Shown piece by piece: positions 62,761 through 64,000 of a DNA stretch of 64,000 bases. Position numbers and translations under genes: made by a program. The notes below the pieces were generated by a model. The model was not told the DNA's origin. It made no database searches and worked only from the letters and a program-made list of their open reading frames with translations. Source of the stretch: Gracilinanus agilis (Eukaryota); the NCBI RefSeq assembly GCF_016433145.1, contig NC_058131.1, positions 238,483,007 through 238,547,006 on the forward strand, in the 5' to 3' direction. Positions within the stretch are counted from its first letter, which is position 1. Each line of letters begins with the position of its first letter.

Positions 62761-63159
62761 ATTCATTTATCTATCCATCTATATCTGCAATGCCTGTAAA
62801 AGCTGTGTCTGTGAACTGACTTAGTAGACTGCCATTCCAAATGGATGTCATAGTCTAGACAAAATACATTAAAATTGTTTTTATTATAAACTTAACCATC
62901 CATCAACAAACACACATTTGGATATATAAACAACAAAAAAAGAGTATTATATGTGAAACTGTAAATGTCCATTATGTACAGTTTGTTTTATGAAAGGGAT
63001 ATATATATATATATATGAAAAACATATATATGCATACATATATGTTTTTCATCCACTTTGTTTTATTAGTGTGAATGGTTAGACCAACCTATTTTGCTGA
63101 TGCTATGGATTTCACCAAGGAGGCTTCTTCATGTCCCAGGATATGAAACCTTTAGGACT

Positions 63160-63500
63160 CTCTTACTTTTGAGTCACAAAATGCCACAATCTTAGAAGAA
63201 TCAAGATTCCAAGTAACTCAAAGGGAAGTGGAAAAATGCATCTGTGGGCGTAAATAGGCTGCAGCAAAGTGACTTATGTGGGAGAAGTGGCGTAAAAAAT
63301 TGAGGACATGAGTGATTGGAAAAGGAGGTAGGCCGGGCATGGAGCTAGAATGGGAGATAACAGCTGAACAATTCAAATGGTATATTGTTCATCCTTTTCC
63401 CCTCAATCCTCAAGAAATGAAAAGAACTGGAGGGAAGAATCTGCGGTATTGGGTGGGTCCTCAGTGGAGGATTTATGGAAAAACTTAGGTGAATGAATTA
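63160..63500 (+). mobile_element. RTE-clade LINE 3' coding fragment
   Basis: Reads LEESRFQVTQREVEKC and KRR*AGHGARMGDNS, the same region as the copy at 20900-21290. Confidence 0.7.
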
Positions 63501-64000
63501 TACCCAGACAAGGCATGGAAGAATGGAGCTCAGCCTCTGTAACAGGACTGGCCATCAAAGTGGTTTTTATTCATTGCTATCTCCCTTGGGCTTTCACATG
63601 CCTTACACAGTCTTAGTCTGCAAGTCAGAGATGTTATAGGTCTCTGTTTTCTCTAGGATACATTCATATCTCAGAGGAGATGGATATATTCTGCAGTATG
63701 TCCAGGTTGGCTTCATTATTTCAGTTACCAAATGGTTGAGGAGATCTGTGCTCTTTGCCCATTTCACATCCCCATCTGTAATACTTCAAGCCAGTGGCTT
63801 CATTGATTCCTCCTCCCACAGATCTATTTCATCCATTCATATTCTGATTCTGAAAAAAAACCATCTTGTGGAGTAGCTTCTGGTCAGATAGTCTTTTAGT
63901 TGTGGTAGTTGATAAATTTTCCTGCAAGTATTCATTTTTCCATTCCTGATGGTGGTGTTCCTGAGGAAGGTGGGTATGCTTCTTAAGACCTTGGTGCCTT

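Larger units (their letters stand above)
45101..64000 (+). other. CAMK2B: CAMK2B intron 1 (partial, runs past the window end)
   Basis: Begins with GTAAGA. No sequence encoding the expected exon 2 start (GAFSVVRRC) was found downstream. Confidence 0.85.

Noticed and set aside
63560-64000. Minus-strand, protein-looking decayed frame (..RWFFSESEYEW..ICGRRNQ..)
   Set aside because: It has multiple stops and no motif I can assign. It is probably an old TE remnant cut off by the window edge.

Overview
This is vertebrate genomic DNA, most likely from a didelphid marsupial (opossum-type), judging by the SINE1_Mdo-like and MAR1-like SINEs. The only protein-coding sequence I can support is the first coding exon of CAMK2B (45036-45100, + strand, [22 protein letters not shown]), which sits in a CpG island of about 1.8 kb. 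It is preceded by about 44 kb of repeat-rich upstream DNA and followed by more than 18.9 kb of intron 1; exon 2 was not found. The rest is mostly decayed transposons: a near full-length antisense L1 with three nested insertions, 5'-truncated L1s, RTE, CR1/L3 and L2 fragments, many CORE-SINEs, four hAT MITEs, a Tigger-like MITE and LTR-like pieces. There are also microsatellites and five assembly gaps. I see no CRISPR array, RNA gene or new multi-gene system. The best leads are a possible in-frame non-AUG N-terminal extension of CAMK2B, a triplicated promoter module, RFX-box candidate enhancers, an old cryptic pair of paralogous segments in intron 1, an OC1-like hAT MITE and a candidate poison exon. 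All family names come from recall and manual alignment, not database searches, and most repeat boundaries are approximate.
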